Shown here: one piece after another, positions 41,111 through 50,750 of the stretch
Layout of the letters: each line of letters starts with the position of its first letter
Numbering within the stretch: the first letter of the stretch is position 1
Assembly (NCBI GenBank): GCA_001770205.1
Contig: MEQL01000012.1
Location: 62,001 to 126,000 of the forward strand
DNA length: 64,000 nucleotides
Source: Bdellovibrionales bacterium RIFOXYD12_FULL_39_22
GTDB taxonomy: Bacteria; Bdellovibrionota; Bacteriovoracia; Bacteriovoracales; Bacteriovoracaceae
Direction of reading: 5' to 3'
Notes under the pieces: model-generated
Database searches by the model: none
Told to the model about the DNA's origin: nothing
The model's input: the letters and a program-made list of their open reading frames with translations, nothing else
Program-made: the position numbers and the translations under genes

Positions 41111-41953
41111 CTAAAAATCATTCAATATTTTTAATGATTCCTGAGCTTGATTGTTTTCAGGCCTTGGAATGATATTTTCATCGATAGCATTATTAACTTC
41201 TTTTACAGATGCTTGTATAAAACAACGATCACCGTGTTGCAGATCTTTTAGTTTTGAATATTTTTCAAGTGAAAGAATCAGTAGCTCGACACGTTCTTGA
41301 TATTTGGTAGAGGGAAGACTATTTGTTTTAAATTCTTCAATGATTGATCTAATGGCAGACTGGAATATTTTTTTTCTAAGGTCCTTTACTGCTTCGGTTT
41401 GTCTTTTAAATCCTTCGGCGTAAACACTAGAGTCTTGTTTGAGTTTATAATCTAGATAAAGGTGAAATATTATTGGTGGCATGATGGAGGAAGCTAGAAG
41501 ACTATAGTAAATCACCGGATAGTTCGCTAACAACCTTGCTAAAATATACTGGTTTAAAAACAGAAAAGATAAAGTCGCTGTGGCCTTACTCGATACATCG
41601 AGACCAATAAGGGAAAAAAAGAATAAATCTTTATAGAGTTGATTGTCTCCATAGCAGGTCTGAAGGGCATCAAAAAAGCCATTGGAGGAAATGAGATCTT
41701 CCATCCCACTCCCTAATTTAATTTTAAACTCCTTGTTTTTGATGCCTTTAATACTCTTGTCAACCACCTCAAAATTTATAGTTTCCCAAACTCCATTTAG
41801 GAATAAATTCTTTTTCAAAAGAAGGTCTGCCTTAAGGTTGGTTCCCTCACACATAACCAAGGTTCTATCGTACTCATCTTGATAATCACCATGAAAACCG
41901 TAAGATGAGTACGAAACAAGTAATATCAATATTACGAAAGCAATTTTTTTCAC
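41111..41953 (-). CDS. Hypothetical secreted/membrane protein
   Basis: GTG 41953 gives MKKIAFVILILLVSYSSYG signal peptide; internal hydrophobic segments. Confidence 0.65.
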   Translation of the reverse strand: MKKIAFVILILLVSYSSYGFHGDYQDEYDRTLVMCEGTNLKADLLLKKNLFLNGVWETINFEVVDKSIKGIKNKEFKIKLGSGMEDLISSNGFFDALQTCYGDNQLYKDLFFFSLIGLDVSSKATATLSFLFLNQYILARLLANYPVIYYSLLASSIMPPIIFHLYLDYKLKQDSSVYAEGFKRQTEAVKDLRKKIFQSAIRSIIEEFKTNSLPSTKYQERVELLILSLEKYSKLKDLQHGDRCFIQASVKEVNNAIDENIIPRPENNQAQESLKILNDF

Positions 41954-41978
41954 ATCGTCCACCACGAATATCTTAGCG

Positions 41979-42518
41979 TTATTGATCAATCTCTAAATCG
42001 TTTGGAAAATCTTGAATATCGTCCTGGAGACTTTTAATTTCTTTCTCTAGTTCTTCTCTTTTAGCTTTAAGATCCTCAAGTTGATCCATATCTAACGTCA
42101 AATAATCCTTCCCTTTATATAGTAGATAGGCTCCAGCACCGGCAGCTAGTACTGCCAAATAGGTTTTTCCAATGCCATTCCCGTAGATCATTTTCACAAC
42201 CTCTTTGAATGAGCTCCGATTAGTACTTATTCCATCAAGGGCGCCAGTAGCTTGGAATGCATATAGGCCCACGGGAATTAAAAGTGTACCGCCAACCACT
42301 GCAATCCCGGCATTTTTCATACCGTCTGTGATCTCAATCATGGCCTTGCCCTCTTTTATTTGAAAATTCTCAATCGATTTCTCCACTTCTTCCAAAGCAA
42401 CTTGAGTGCTACGTAGATCTCGTTTCTTTTCCCCTATTGTAATAGTCTCACTTGCTGAGGAGGAAAGCGATAAAAGCGTTAAAGTAACAGCGACAAAAAT
42501 AGACCTTAGTTGTTTCAT
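41979..42518 (-). CDS. Hypothetical secreted protein (coiled coil, Gly-rich hydrophobic hairpin, coiled coil)
   Basis: SD AAGGAG; MKQLRSIFVAVTLTLLSLSSSA signal peptide; AGIAVVGGTLLIPVG and LAVLAAGAGAYLL segments. Confidence 0.7.
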   Translation of the reverse strand: MKQLRSIFVAVTLTLLSLSSSASETITIGEKKRDLRSTQVALEEVEKSIENFQIKEGKAMIEITDGMKNAGIAVVGGTLLIPVGLYAFQATGALDGISTNRSSFKEVVKMIYGNGIGKTYLAVLAAGAGAYLLYKGKDYLTLDMDQLEDLKAKREELEKEIKSLQDDIQDFPNDLEIDQ

Positions 42519-42925
42519 AAAAATTCTCCTTATGGATATTGTCCCAGAACTTCTGTGTTTATTCTTCACTTGAGTACTGAGCCAGATTAATTAACAGCTA
42601 CTATAATGTTAATCTAAATCATCGGTCGCAACTATGAGGTTGAATTTTTTATAGGGGAAATACTTGTTGCTGTCCAAAAAGTTTACATGCAAAAGGTAAG
42701 CGAAAAACGACCTAGTGCTAAGATTATCGTAGGTGCACAATACTATTTTTCATTTCTTTAGGCCGTAGCAAAGAATTAGAAGACGTATAAGTTGATTCAT
42801 GAAAAGAGGGAAGCGAAAGCATCCATCTTTTTTTGCAGCAGAATGAGAACCTCAGGAAAAAGGCACACAAACAGATATGACGTGCCGGCTCGCAACTGCC
42901 AACTTTTGTGGGCAGCATAATTAAA

Positions 42926-42995
42926 AATCAAACGGTTATTTGAAAATAACAAAGCTCTGCTTAAATAAAACAAACCCTATTAAATCAATATATTG
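42926..42995 (+). promoter_or_regulatory. Two IHF consensus sites
   Basis: AATCAA-ACGG-TTA (42926-42938) and AATCAA-TATA-TTG (42983-42995). Confidence 0.5.
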
Positions 42996-43142
42996 CATAT
43001 TAATTAAAAAAAACATATCCCGCTCTTAAAATTACATTATAAAATTTTAAATAGGTAAATGTGTATTTTAGTGAGTTTCTCCAGAACGTATCCTCTTTTA
43101 GAAAACTCCAAAAGATTATCAACCTTTAACAAGGTGGCGCGT

Positions 43143-44612
43143 ATGAAAAAGATGATCGTTCGTTTTATTGTGTTTGGTTTTTTTGTTTCCTCATTATCGA
43201 TGATCGGGTGTACTCCTAATGAGCAGTTTTTTGCAGAAAAAAGTTATCTAGACGCCAGCGGACAAGATCCTTCTGATCAAAATTCCCCTGAGTTTGGATA
43301 TGACGGCGAAGACTCTATCCCACCAGAACAGCTAGGTGCTCCAAACGCTCAAGCTGGCCAAGAGATTGCCGCAGAAGAAGGTATTACTTCACAACAGCCT
43401 TCTGACCCAACTACTGAGGCCATCCGCGAGATAATTAACGCTCCTAGCAGTGATGTCGCAGAAATGGGCCTGGTCTACAAAGAAAAAATTACTGAATTTG
43501 CCATGATTTTAGATGCTCAGTCGGCACTCTCAATTAACAGCTTGGGACTCGTTGCCCCAAGTGGCAGCGAAATAGCTACAGCTATTGCCGGAAAGCTTGA
43601 TCCGGCCAAAATAGGAAGCAGTAGCGACCTTTCTTTGATGTGTTTTAATGAATTTGAGGTTATTGAAAATGCGCCTGACAGCGTTATCCAAAGTATAGTA
43701 TTCGGTAATGACCGCGCTTCTGCCATTTTATACTTTTCTCAGGACCTCTTTATCCCATTGGATCTATCAAAATTTAAAGTCTATTACCGCGAGGTTCTTA
43801 ATGTTGATGCTCCTTATGATGGAACTACCTGGTGCGATAAAGCATTTGATGAAGACTACTTGCACGATGTAGTTGCTAGCATTGCAGAAAATAAGTGGAT
43901 TGAATTAAGTTACAACGTAATAATTCCCAAAATAGAGCAGATCGCACCTGAAATAATTCCAGAGGAAGTAGCGCAACTGGCGGTTATGCCTGAAGTGGTA
44001 ATTGCAGAACCTGTCGCTCCTGCACCGGCAATTATTCCAGAGGAAGTAGCGCAACTGGCCGTTATGCCCGAAGTGGTACCTGTGCGTGCACCCGCCTCTT
44101 CTGAGGAGGAAGTTGTTGCTGCACCAGTTGTTGCTGCACCAGCTAACGGAGACAGTACTTCTAGTAGCGTTATTGAAGAGAGCTCTTCCATTGAGTACTC
44201 CTATGATGAAGAGGGCGTAGATGATTCATTGGAAGACAGCTTCGTACAGGTTAGCGAAGAGGAGCTGGAGTTTTCTGGCAGCAGCGCAGAGGCCGACCAA
44301 TTTGCTATAAGTACTGAGCGAAATAACTTGGCATGTTTAAAAATTAAACTTTTAAAAACAAAACACAGACATCATGGCCAGGGAAAAGCTCATTGGCACA
44401 TTAAGAAAATTAAATATAGCAAAAAAGAGTGCAATGAATGCTTAATTTCATTGAAAGCAAATGGACTTAACTGGAAACTACAATGGCAAGAAGCAAAACG
44501 TGCTGCCTACAAATCATCCTCTAAAGATGAATTTAAAAAATTATTCAAGGAGTCTAGACATGTTGCCGGACCTAGCTGCATGAGCAGACTAGGACGTGGT
44601 TTTAAAAAATAG
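43143..44612 (+). CDS. Hypothetical lipoprotein with Pro/Ala-rich repeats
   Basis: SD AAGGTGG; MKKMIVRF...SMIGC lipobox; acidic body, basic Cys-containing tail. Confidence 0.75.
   Translation: MKKMIVRFIVFGFFVSSLSMIGCTPNEQFFAEKSYLDASGQDPSDQNSPEFGYDGEDSIPPEQLGAPNAQAGQEIAAEEGITSQQPSDPTTEAIREIINAPSSDVAEMGLVYKEKITEFAMILDAQSALSINSLGLVAPSGSEIATAIAGKLDPAKIGSSSDLSLMCFNEFEVIENAPDSVIQSIVFGNDRASAILYFSQDLFIPLDLSKFKVYYREVLNVDAPYDGTTWCDKAFDEDYLHDVVASIAENKWIELSYNVIIPKIEQIAPEIIPEEVAQLAVMPEVVIAEPVAPAPAIIPEEVAQLAVMPEVVPVRAPASSEEEVVAAPVVAAPANGDSTSSSVIEESSSIEYSYDEEGVDDSLEDSFVQVSEEELEFSGSSAEADQFAISTERNNLACLKIKLLKTKHRHHGQGKAHWHIKKIKYSKKECNECLISLKANGLNWKLQWQEAKRAAYKSSSKDEFKKLFKESRHVAGPSCMSRLGRGFKK
43956..44142 (+). 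repeat. Intragenic duplications
   Basis: 45-bp copies at 43956-44000 and 44034-44078 (2 synonymous differences; IPEEVAQLAVMPEVV); AGTTGTTGCTGCACC x2 at 44111-44140. Confidence 0.9.
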
Positions 44613-44615
44613 TTA

Positions 44616-44643
44616 GTCGCTCTTTTTAAAAAACAGAGACGAC
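44616..44643. terminator. Possible terminator between convergent genes
   Basis: Imperfect hairpin GTCG-CTCT...AGAG-A-CGAC directly after the lipoprotein stop. Confidence 0.3.
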
Positions 44644-44678
44644 ATCTCGATAAATATCGCAAATACACAAAGGGGCGC

Positions 44679-45266
44679 TTAGGAGGCGCCCTTTTGCTTT
44701 ATCTTGGCATCACCAGATGGCAGTGGTGGTGGAAGTGATGATGAAGAGAGATCTGCCTCTAAGCGCCGTTTAAGGCCGCGCAAACCAATATTACAGGCAT
44801 CGGCTATTTCACGAAAATAGTCGGTAGAGCGAAAAGAAAGAGGCCGTAAATCAACATTGTTCTCTAAATTAAGAAGATAGCGACGCAGGTTAAACATGGG
44901 CCCGGCCAACTTGTGAGAAGTAAAAATTCCCATAATAAAAATAATTAAAAAGGCGCCAAGAAATGTGTAAATTAAAATTCCATCCATGGCCATCTTTTGC
45001 AGCGATAAAAATTTATAAAAGACATGTCCGGGCGGCATTCCCATTTGCATAGCAGTCTTTCGAAATTTATTAAAAAAATAAAAATTAGAAAAATATACGG
45101 TAAAAATTATTAGAAAAGCGATCAAACATTGATAGGCCACAAACTTAAACTGAAAGCGAGGATTTATCAGAAAGTTACGAAACTTCCTCTCCTTCAGTCG
45201 CTTAATGAAATTACCAAGCTGCATTATTATTTTATTATTTATTATCACAATCACAAATGATGACAC
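44679..45266 (-). CDS. Hypothetical 2-TM membrane protein with HAMP-like segment
   Basis: FLINPRFQ, two TM helices, SHKLAGP..., FRSTDYFREIADACN; start codon uncertain. Confidence 0.7.
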   Translation of the reverse strand: MSSFVIVIINNKIIMQLGNFIKRLKERKFRNFLINPRFQFKFVAYQCLIAFLIIFTVYFSNFYFFNKFRKTAMQMGMPPGHVFYKFLSLQKMAMDGILIYTFLGAFLIIFIMGIFTSHKLAGPMFNLRRYLLNLENNVDLRPLSFRSTDYFREIADACNIGLRGLKRRLEADLSSSSLPPPLPSGDAKIKQKGAS

Positions 45267-45294
45267 TTTCCCGAACTATCATCAAGTCTTTTTT

Positions 45295-47661
45295 TTAAGT
45301 CAATGTTCTACTTATTAAAGTTCTAACCCACTCTCCCCGCACAGTATATTTAAAGGAACCTTGAGCAAATTCTTCTGGTTCAAATTTTTCTAACGCCGAC
45401 ACTTCTACTTTTTTGCCTGTAATTACAACACGAGATAGATATTTCTTTTTTAGTGAATCTTTTGCTAACTCCAAATAAGTAATCCCCTCTTTTTTGCTTA
45501 AAGTAAAACGTAATCCTCTCTCCTTCAAATATGGCCAGTCATCGTTGATAACAAATGGTGAATCGAAAAGGTATTTGACCGATTTAAGCGCCAATGAATT
45601 ATTAAAAGAAGAGATCAATTCGCCATGTGGTAAAAAGTGGCCATTAATCTTCTCAACGTTATCGGGGTGGGCCAACAACTCACGCAACTTACCTGCCCCC
45701 TCTCGCTCAAAGGCCAAAGATAAAATATCATCACCGCATACCCAATAATTTTTTCCTTTTGTCGCTTCCACCGACGATCCACTAAAAAAGTAATAACTCT
45801 CTACTAATTCTGGAAAGCTCAGCATAATAGCACGCGCCAAGGCCTGTCCGGCATATTTTTTAGGAAGTCCAAGACAAGAGGGACCTATTTTAACATAAAA
45901 ATCAACTACCATTTGCGTCTCTCGCTTCTGACGTAATAGGTTCCTAATCGCCTCGTTGCGCACATTATCTTTCTTCTCGATATTTAGTGCTAAACTTCCA
46001 ATCTCTACATAATTACTATTTTTTAAAAAAGTCTCTTTTAAAAAATTATTTTTCAAACCCAAATCTACAGGGATCTCCACACCTTCTGAAAAATCCTGTC
46101 CCATAAAGTCTATAAACTTTTTTGAAATGATTGTGGAAATTTCATTATCATATACAAACTCGGAGGCCTTTAGAAAGGCCAATAGTTTATCCTGATGCTT
46201 CCAATTGGCCCGCACTAAAGTTTGCGAAACACTCCATTCCGCTAAACTCATTGACAAGCGAAACTCCAATCCGCTTTGAACAACAATTTTCTCCACCCGT
46301 TGAATGCTTTTTTCTAAAGTATTTATTTGCGGAATATGATCAAATGCCAGCGGAGTAAAAGGAAACCGAACCAGAGGCGTAATCGAAAAAATAACTCGCG
46401 TTTTATCACCATATTGTTCTCGCTTTTTCCTCACTAGCTCAACAAATTCTTCAAATTCAACATAATCCGCCTCTTCTTCTCGGCCAGTGGCCAGTAGAAA
46501 AATTTTCAACTCTCTCTGTCCATCTCGCAAAACTAGTTCTATTCCTTTTCGCAATAGCTCTTCTGTTAAATTTTTATTTAAAAAACGGCGCAATCGCGGA
46601 GAAATACCTTCTAATCCACAACTGATAATCGATTTTCCTAACAATTTCTGCGTATCCCAAAGTCCCAAGTCTAAGGCCAAATAGTCAAAGCGTTCAGACT
46701 TCAGCCCAATGGCCTTAAACAAGGCCAGTAATCCAAAAAGCAAAGGTTGTAACTCCTTGTACATGTTAAAACTAAAGCTAAAAAGGTCTATTCTCTCCAG
46801 GCCCATATTGGCCTTGGCACGTTTGGCGGAGGCCAACAACGAACTACACTCATAATCTTTATAAGGACGTTTCTCCCAGCTCTCCGCACAAAAAGAACAA
46901 AATCCTCGACAGCCAGAGCTTATTTTTAAGTGGCCCTCTCCCATACTCTCCTGATTATAAAGCACAGGACCTCTTTCATATTGCAATGCTGATTTAGCAA
47001 GCGCATAGCGCACTGGCCGCAATACATCCGGCAAAATTACACCTGGCAAGCATGCCAGCTGCTCTAAAATAGTATCTTTACTTTTTCTCTCCATTTTTCC
47101 TTGGGCCAGCCCGGCAAATAGTTTTTCAATGGTGGCCGGATCATCTCCGACAAAAACTAAATCCACTAACGAATTTTCTCCCCATAAAATCGGCGTCCAA
47201 AGTGCTGAGGCCCCACCTAAAATGATTAAAGGAAGATCGTCACGCTTCATCCTCTCTTGTTTATCTAAAGGAATTCCACTATGTCGCAACATCTGCGGCA
47301 AATTTATTATTTCCTGCACTATGGACAAAGAAAATGCTACTGCAAAAAATTCAGACATGGCCTTTTTACTTTTAGTTCCAAAAACCCAGGAAATATTTTC
47401 TTTCTCAAATATTTTGCGTTCTACTGCCGAGGGCAGATAGGCCAAATCAGGAAAAATATTATTATTACTAGCGGCCAACTGATATAGATATTGATGGGTA
47501 AAAGAGTTGGCAACATCAGCATAGGAAGAAGGCCGCACAATCAATAACGACATTGGACGATTTGCCATTTCTGAAAGAGGGAGCGTGTTTATCTCCTCCC
47601 CTCTGGCCCAAATACCACCATAGGAAAGACGATGATAATTCTCTGTAAACCACTTATTCAT
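45295..47661 (-). CDS. Large radical SAM protein (N-terminal B12-binding-like fold)
   Basis: GCRGFCSFC (CxxxCxxC), IILGGASA, GLEGISPRLR. Confidence 0.82.
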   Translation of the reverse strand: MNKWFTENYHRLSYGGIWARGEEINTLPLSEMANRPMSLLIVRPSSYADVANSFTHQYLYQLAASNNNIFPDLAYLPSAVERKIFEKENISWVFGTKSKKAMSEFFAVAFSLSIVQEIINLPQMLRHSGIPLDKQERMKRDDLPLIILGGASALWTPILWGENSLVDLVFVGDDPATIEKLFAGLAQGKMERKSKDTILEQLACLPGVILPDVLRPVRYALAKSALQYERGPVLYNQESMGEGHLKISSGCRGFCSFCAESWEKRPYKDYECSSLLASAKRAKANMGLERIDLFSFSFNMYKELQPLLFGLLALFKAIGLKSERFDYLALDLGLWDTQKLLGKSIISCGLEGISPRLRRFLNKNLTEELLRKGIELVLRDGQRELKIFLLATGREEEADYVEFEEFVELVRKKREQYGDKTRVIFSITPLVRFPFTPLAFDHIPQINTLEKSIQRVEKIVVQSGLEFRLSMSLAEWSVSQTLVRANWKHQDKLLAFLKASEFVYDNEISTIISKKFIDFMGQDFSEGVEIPVDLGLKNNFLKETFLKNSNYVEIGSLALNIEKKDNVRNEAIRNLLRQKRETQMVVDFYVKIGPSCLGLPKKYAGQALARAIMLSFPELVESYYFFSGSSVEATKGKNYWVCGDDILSLAFEREGAGKLRELLAHPDNVEKINGHFLPHGELISSFNNSLALKSVKYLFDSPFVINDDWPYLKERGLRFTLSKKEGITYLELAKDSLKKKYLSRVVITGKKVEVSALEKFEPEEFAQGSFKYTVRGEWVRTLISRTLT

Positions 47662-48221
47662 CTGCTCTTTTTCTTAGGAATTTTTAATTCATCTATTGAA
47701 AGTATTTTTTCAAAATTTAAAAGCAAAATTAATTGCTTATTTGCTTCTTTAGCAATGCCTGCGATAAAATCCCTATTGATTTTACTTTGAGCATTTATTT
47801 TCGTTTCAATTTGATCCTTGTGCAATCCAATAACATCATTTACCTGATCAATAATTATTCCGATAGTAAGCTCATTAACTTGTGTGATAATAATGGAACT
47901 CATTTTCGCAGAACTACTGGTGGCCAGTAAATTTAGTTTGTTTTTTAAATCTATGACTGAAATTATTTTTCCCCGCAAATTAATTAGCCCTTTAAAATAG
48001 GACGGCACATTGGGAACTTCGGTAATATTATACATTCCTACAATCTCGCGAACTACCGATAGTAACATTCCATAACGTTCACCATTCAAGGAAAAAGTAA
48101 GATATTTTTTTAAGCCCAATGATTCATCTATAACTTGCGCATCTGCGGCCGCAATCGACGCTCCCAGATTAGAAACATTACTCACTTCGTTTTTTTCTAA
48201 TATTGCATCATTGCTATTCAT
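47658..48221 (-). CDS. cheW: CheW adaptor
   Basis: YLTFSL, VPNVPSYFKGLINLRGKIISVIDL, GIIIDQV. Confidence 0.94.
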   Translation of the reverse strand: MNSNDAILEKNEVSNVSNLGASIAAADAQVIDESLGLKKYLTFSLNGERYGMLLSVVREIVGMYNITEVPNVPSYFKGLINLRGKIISVIDLKNKLNLLATSSSAKMSSIIITQVNELTIGIIIDQVNDVIGLHKDQIETKINAQSKINRDFIAGIAKEANKQLILLLNFEKILSIDELKIPKKKSR

Positions 48222-48247
48222 ATATCACCATACATCACTATATAAAC

Positions 48248-49873
48248 CTATCTGTTTAAATGCTTAACAATAAATTTGGGCATGTCCTGCAACGATAACA
48301 TCTCATCTACCGCTCCCAATTCGTAGGCAACTTTGGGCATTCCATAAACCACACAACTAGATTCATCTTGCGCAGCCGTTTTGGCCCCTAACTCTTTTAA
48401 TTTTAGCAACCCCTCTGCCCCATCTCGGCCCATTCCCGTAAGCAGCAACGCAATAACTTTTTTTCCTAACTTATCGTGCTGAATAAGTGAGTTAAACATA
48501 TAATCAACAGAAGGCCTAAATCTATTAACCGGCTCATCATCTGTTATCTTAATTATATATTTGCTATTTTGATAAACTACTTTCATATGCCGCCCACCGG
48601 GCGCAATAAAGGCCTGCGAAGCTTTTAAAACATCACCATCTTCTGCTTCTTTGACAGAAAATTTACATAACTGATTTAAGCGCTCGGCAAATGCTTTGGA
48701 AAATACCGGTGGTATATGTTGCGTAATAATAATTGGCGGAACAGTGTTTGGTAATTGTGTAAGTAAATCAGACAAGGCCTTTGTTCCTCCGGTAGATGCT
48801 CCTATCGCCAAAATATAATCATCTAAATTTTTACCGCTAACTACCAGCGGAGATTTGAAAGAGGCCAAATTATTTGCTTTACTGATACGTCCAACATACT
48901 TCGATGTATAAGCAGCAATAATTTTCTCATGCAACTCTCCAGATATATGCTGCAAATCTTCAAAGGCCGGCTTTTTCATATAATCAAATGCCCCCAGCTC
49001 TAGTGCCTCAAAAACTGGCCCAGACTCTAAATAATTCAAAGCAGAAATCATAATAGTTGGAATAGGTTTTTCTTGCATCATTTTCCGCAGAAAGGTAACC
49101 CCATCAACTTCCGGCATATTGATGTCTAATGTAATAACATCTGGCAATTCCTTGGCCATCAACGCTTCCGCCTCGGCCGCACTTTTGGCCTCGCCTATTA
49201 CTACTAATTTAGAATTCATTTCGATCATCTTTCGTAAAATCATCCTAATCGGAGTTGAGTCATCCACAATCATCACTTTAATTTTTGTCGTTGCCTTGAG
49301 AATATGCACTTGACGATCCGGCCCTATTTCCACTTGAGTTGCTTCACTGCATAGCGAACTCTCTTTCTCCTTATCTGCTAGAAGGTTTAACTCTATTTTT
49401 TTTATCTGAATTTCACCAGTCTCAGTAAAAAAACGCAACTGCCTTCCGAACTGCCCACCTATCGACTCTGCCACAATTTTAAGATTATAGCTTGCAATCA
49501 ATTCATGAGCCGCCTTAATATTTTCTTGCCCACTTGCCACAATTACCTTGCCCAGTCGCTGCTCTTTTCCAGCAGAAGTACCTCCCACTAACTTAAGAAC
49601 AAGGTTTTCAGGCCGAGAACCCCTTTTTTTAAATTCGCGAAGCAAATTGGGAATAGCAAAAATGGCCTGATTGTTATCTGTTGCATCCACTGGCCAAGTA
49701 GAATTATCTCCAGGCACTTTAAATTGACAGATTCCACCTACCCGTTTTACCAAATCAAAAACACATAGTGCAACACATGGCCCCAAAAACGTTTCAATAA
49801 TAGTAGACTCTTCGGCAAAAAATAGTTCACCGGACTTAAGATAATGTGTATTTATAGTTATGGCCTTATTCAT
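48248..49873 (-). CDS. cheB: CheD-like domain fused to receiver-CheB methylesterase
   Basis: About aa 1-160 CheD-like (TFLGPCVALC, KLVGG, IGGQFGR); VMIVDDS/TLDINMP receiver; GASTGG, QHIP, FRPSVD, LTGMGRDG. Confidence 0.9.
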   Translation of the reverse strand: MNKAITINTHYLKSGELFFAEESTIIETFLGPCVALCVFDLVKRVGGICQFKVPGDNSTWPVDATDNNQAIFAIPNLLREFKKRGSRPENLVLKLVGGTSAGKEQRLGKVIVASGQENIKAAHELIASYNLKIVAESIGGQFGRQLRFFTETGEIQIKKIELNLLADKEKESSLCSEATQVEIGPDRQVHILKATTKIKVMIVDDSTPIRMILRKMIEMNSKLVVIGEAKSAAEAEALMAKELPDVITLDINMPEVDGVTFLRKMMQEKPIPTIMISALNYLESGPVFEALELGAFDYMKKPAFEDLQHISGELHEKIIAAYTSKYVGRISKANNLASFKSPLVVSGKNLDDYILAIGASTGGTKALSDLLTQLPNTVPPIIITQHIPPVFSKAFAERLNQLCKFSVKEAEDGDVLKASQAFIAPGGRHMKVVYQNSKYIIKITDDEPVNRFRPSVDYMFNSLIQHDKLGKKVIALLLTGMGRDGAEGLLKLKELGAKTAAQDESSCVVYGMPKVAYELGAVDEMLSLQDMPKFIVKHLNR

Positions 49874-50750
49874 AATTTAACTTTCTATAAACAGATGATC
49901 CCAATGGAATTAAATTATGCTTAATTCCATTTAATGATTCGGCATGTCCTATGAACAAAATTCCTCCTGGTTCCAAGTGCGCTACCACATTATCAATAAC
50001 TTTTTGAATAACTGGCAGTTGAAAATAAATTAAAACATTGCGCAGAAATATAAAATCAAAGTTAATTTGAAATCCAACTAATGGTTCTATCAAGTTGTGT
50101 TGACGAAATCTAATTTTTTCTTTGAGAGAATCAACGACTTTGTACAATCCCACATTTTTTCCGGTACCGCGTACAAAACTAGATCGCAAGAACTCTTCTG
50201 GAATAGGGGCCATTTCATCTTCGCCATAAATGGCCGCTTCTGCTTTATGAATGACTTCTGTATCAATATCCGTTCCCCAAATTTTATAATCTAGGCCAGG
50301 ATGTTTGCACACAAAATCTTGCATAACCATGGCGATGGTATATACCTCCGGGCCGGTAGAGCAGGCGGCAGACCAAAAACTAACACCCTTTTTTTCTCCA
50401 CTCTTTCTCCGAGCAATTTCCGGCAAAAATTCATCTCGCAGTCTATTGAAATGTTCTACCTCTCTAAAAAAATCTGTTTTATTTGTAGTAAGAGCATTAA
50501 TAAAATTGCCCAATTCACTACTATTGTCTTTTAAATAATTCAAATAATCTGGGATGGTTTTTACGGCCAGAGCAAGCATTCGTTTGAATAGACGTGATTG
50601 CACCATTGATTTTTTATTTTCACTCAGGGAAATTCCGGCAACTTTTAATATTAGACTTCGAATAAATTGAAAAGACTCCTCATCTAAGGAATTATCTACC
50701 AAGTGATAACTAATAAATGGCCCTTCTTTTCGTTTGGCACTGTCTCTCAT
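49866..50750 (-). CDS. cheR: Chemotaxis methyltransferase
   Basis: LTTNKTDFFRE, WSAACSTG, FDFIFLRNVLIYF, GHAES. Confidence 0.93.
   Translation of the reverse strand: MRDSAKRKEGPFISYHLVDNSLDEESFQFIRSLILKVAGISLSENKKSMVQSRLFKRMLALAVKTIPDYLNYLKDNSSELGNFINALTTNKTDFFREVEHFNRLRDEFLPEIARRKSGEKKGVSFWSAACSTGPEVYTIAMVMQDFVCKHPGLDYKIWGTDIDTEVIHKAEAAIYGEDEMAPIPEEFLRSSFVRGTGKNVGLYKVVDSLKEKIRFRQHNLIEPLVGFQINFDFIFLRNVLIYFQLPVIQKVIDNVVAHLEPGGILFIGHAESLNGIKHNLIPLGSSVYRKLNYE

Noticed and set aside
41042..42978. AGGGTTT / AAACCCT as IS terminal inverted repeats
   Set aside because: Only a 7-bp match; no transposase and no evident target duplication.
42570..43140. c-di-GMP riboswitch, tRNA, or the 64-aa ORF at 42724-42918
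   Set aside because: No GEMM core motif or cloverleaf seen; the ORF has no SD or recognisable features.
43956..44142. Repeats as a CRISPR array or DGR template/variable repeats
   Set aside because: Only two in-frame coding copies; differences are not adenine-specific; no cas or reverse transcriptase gene.
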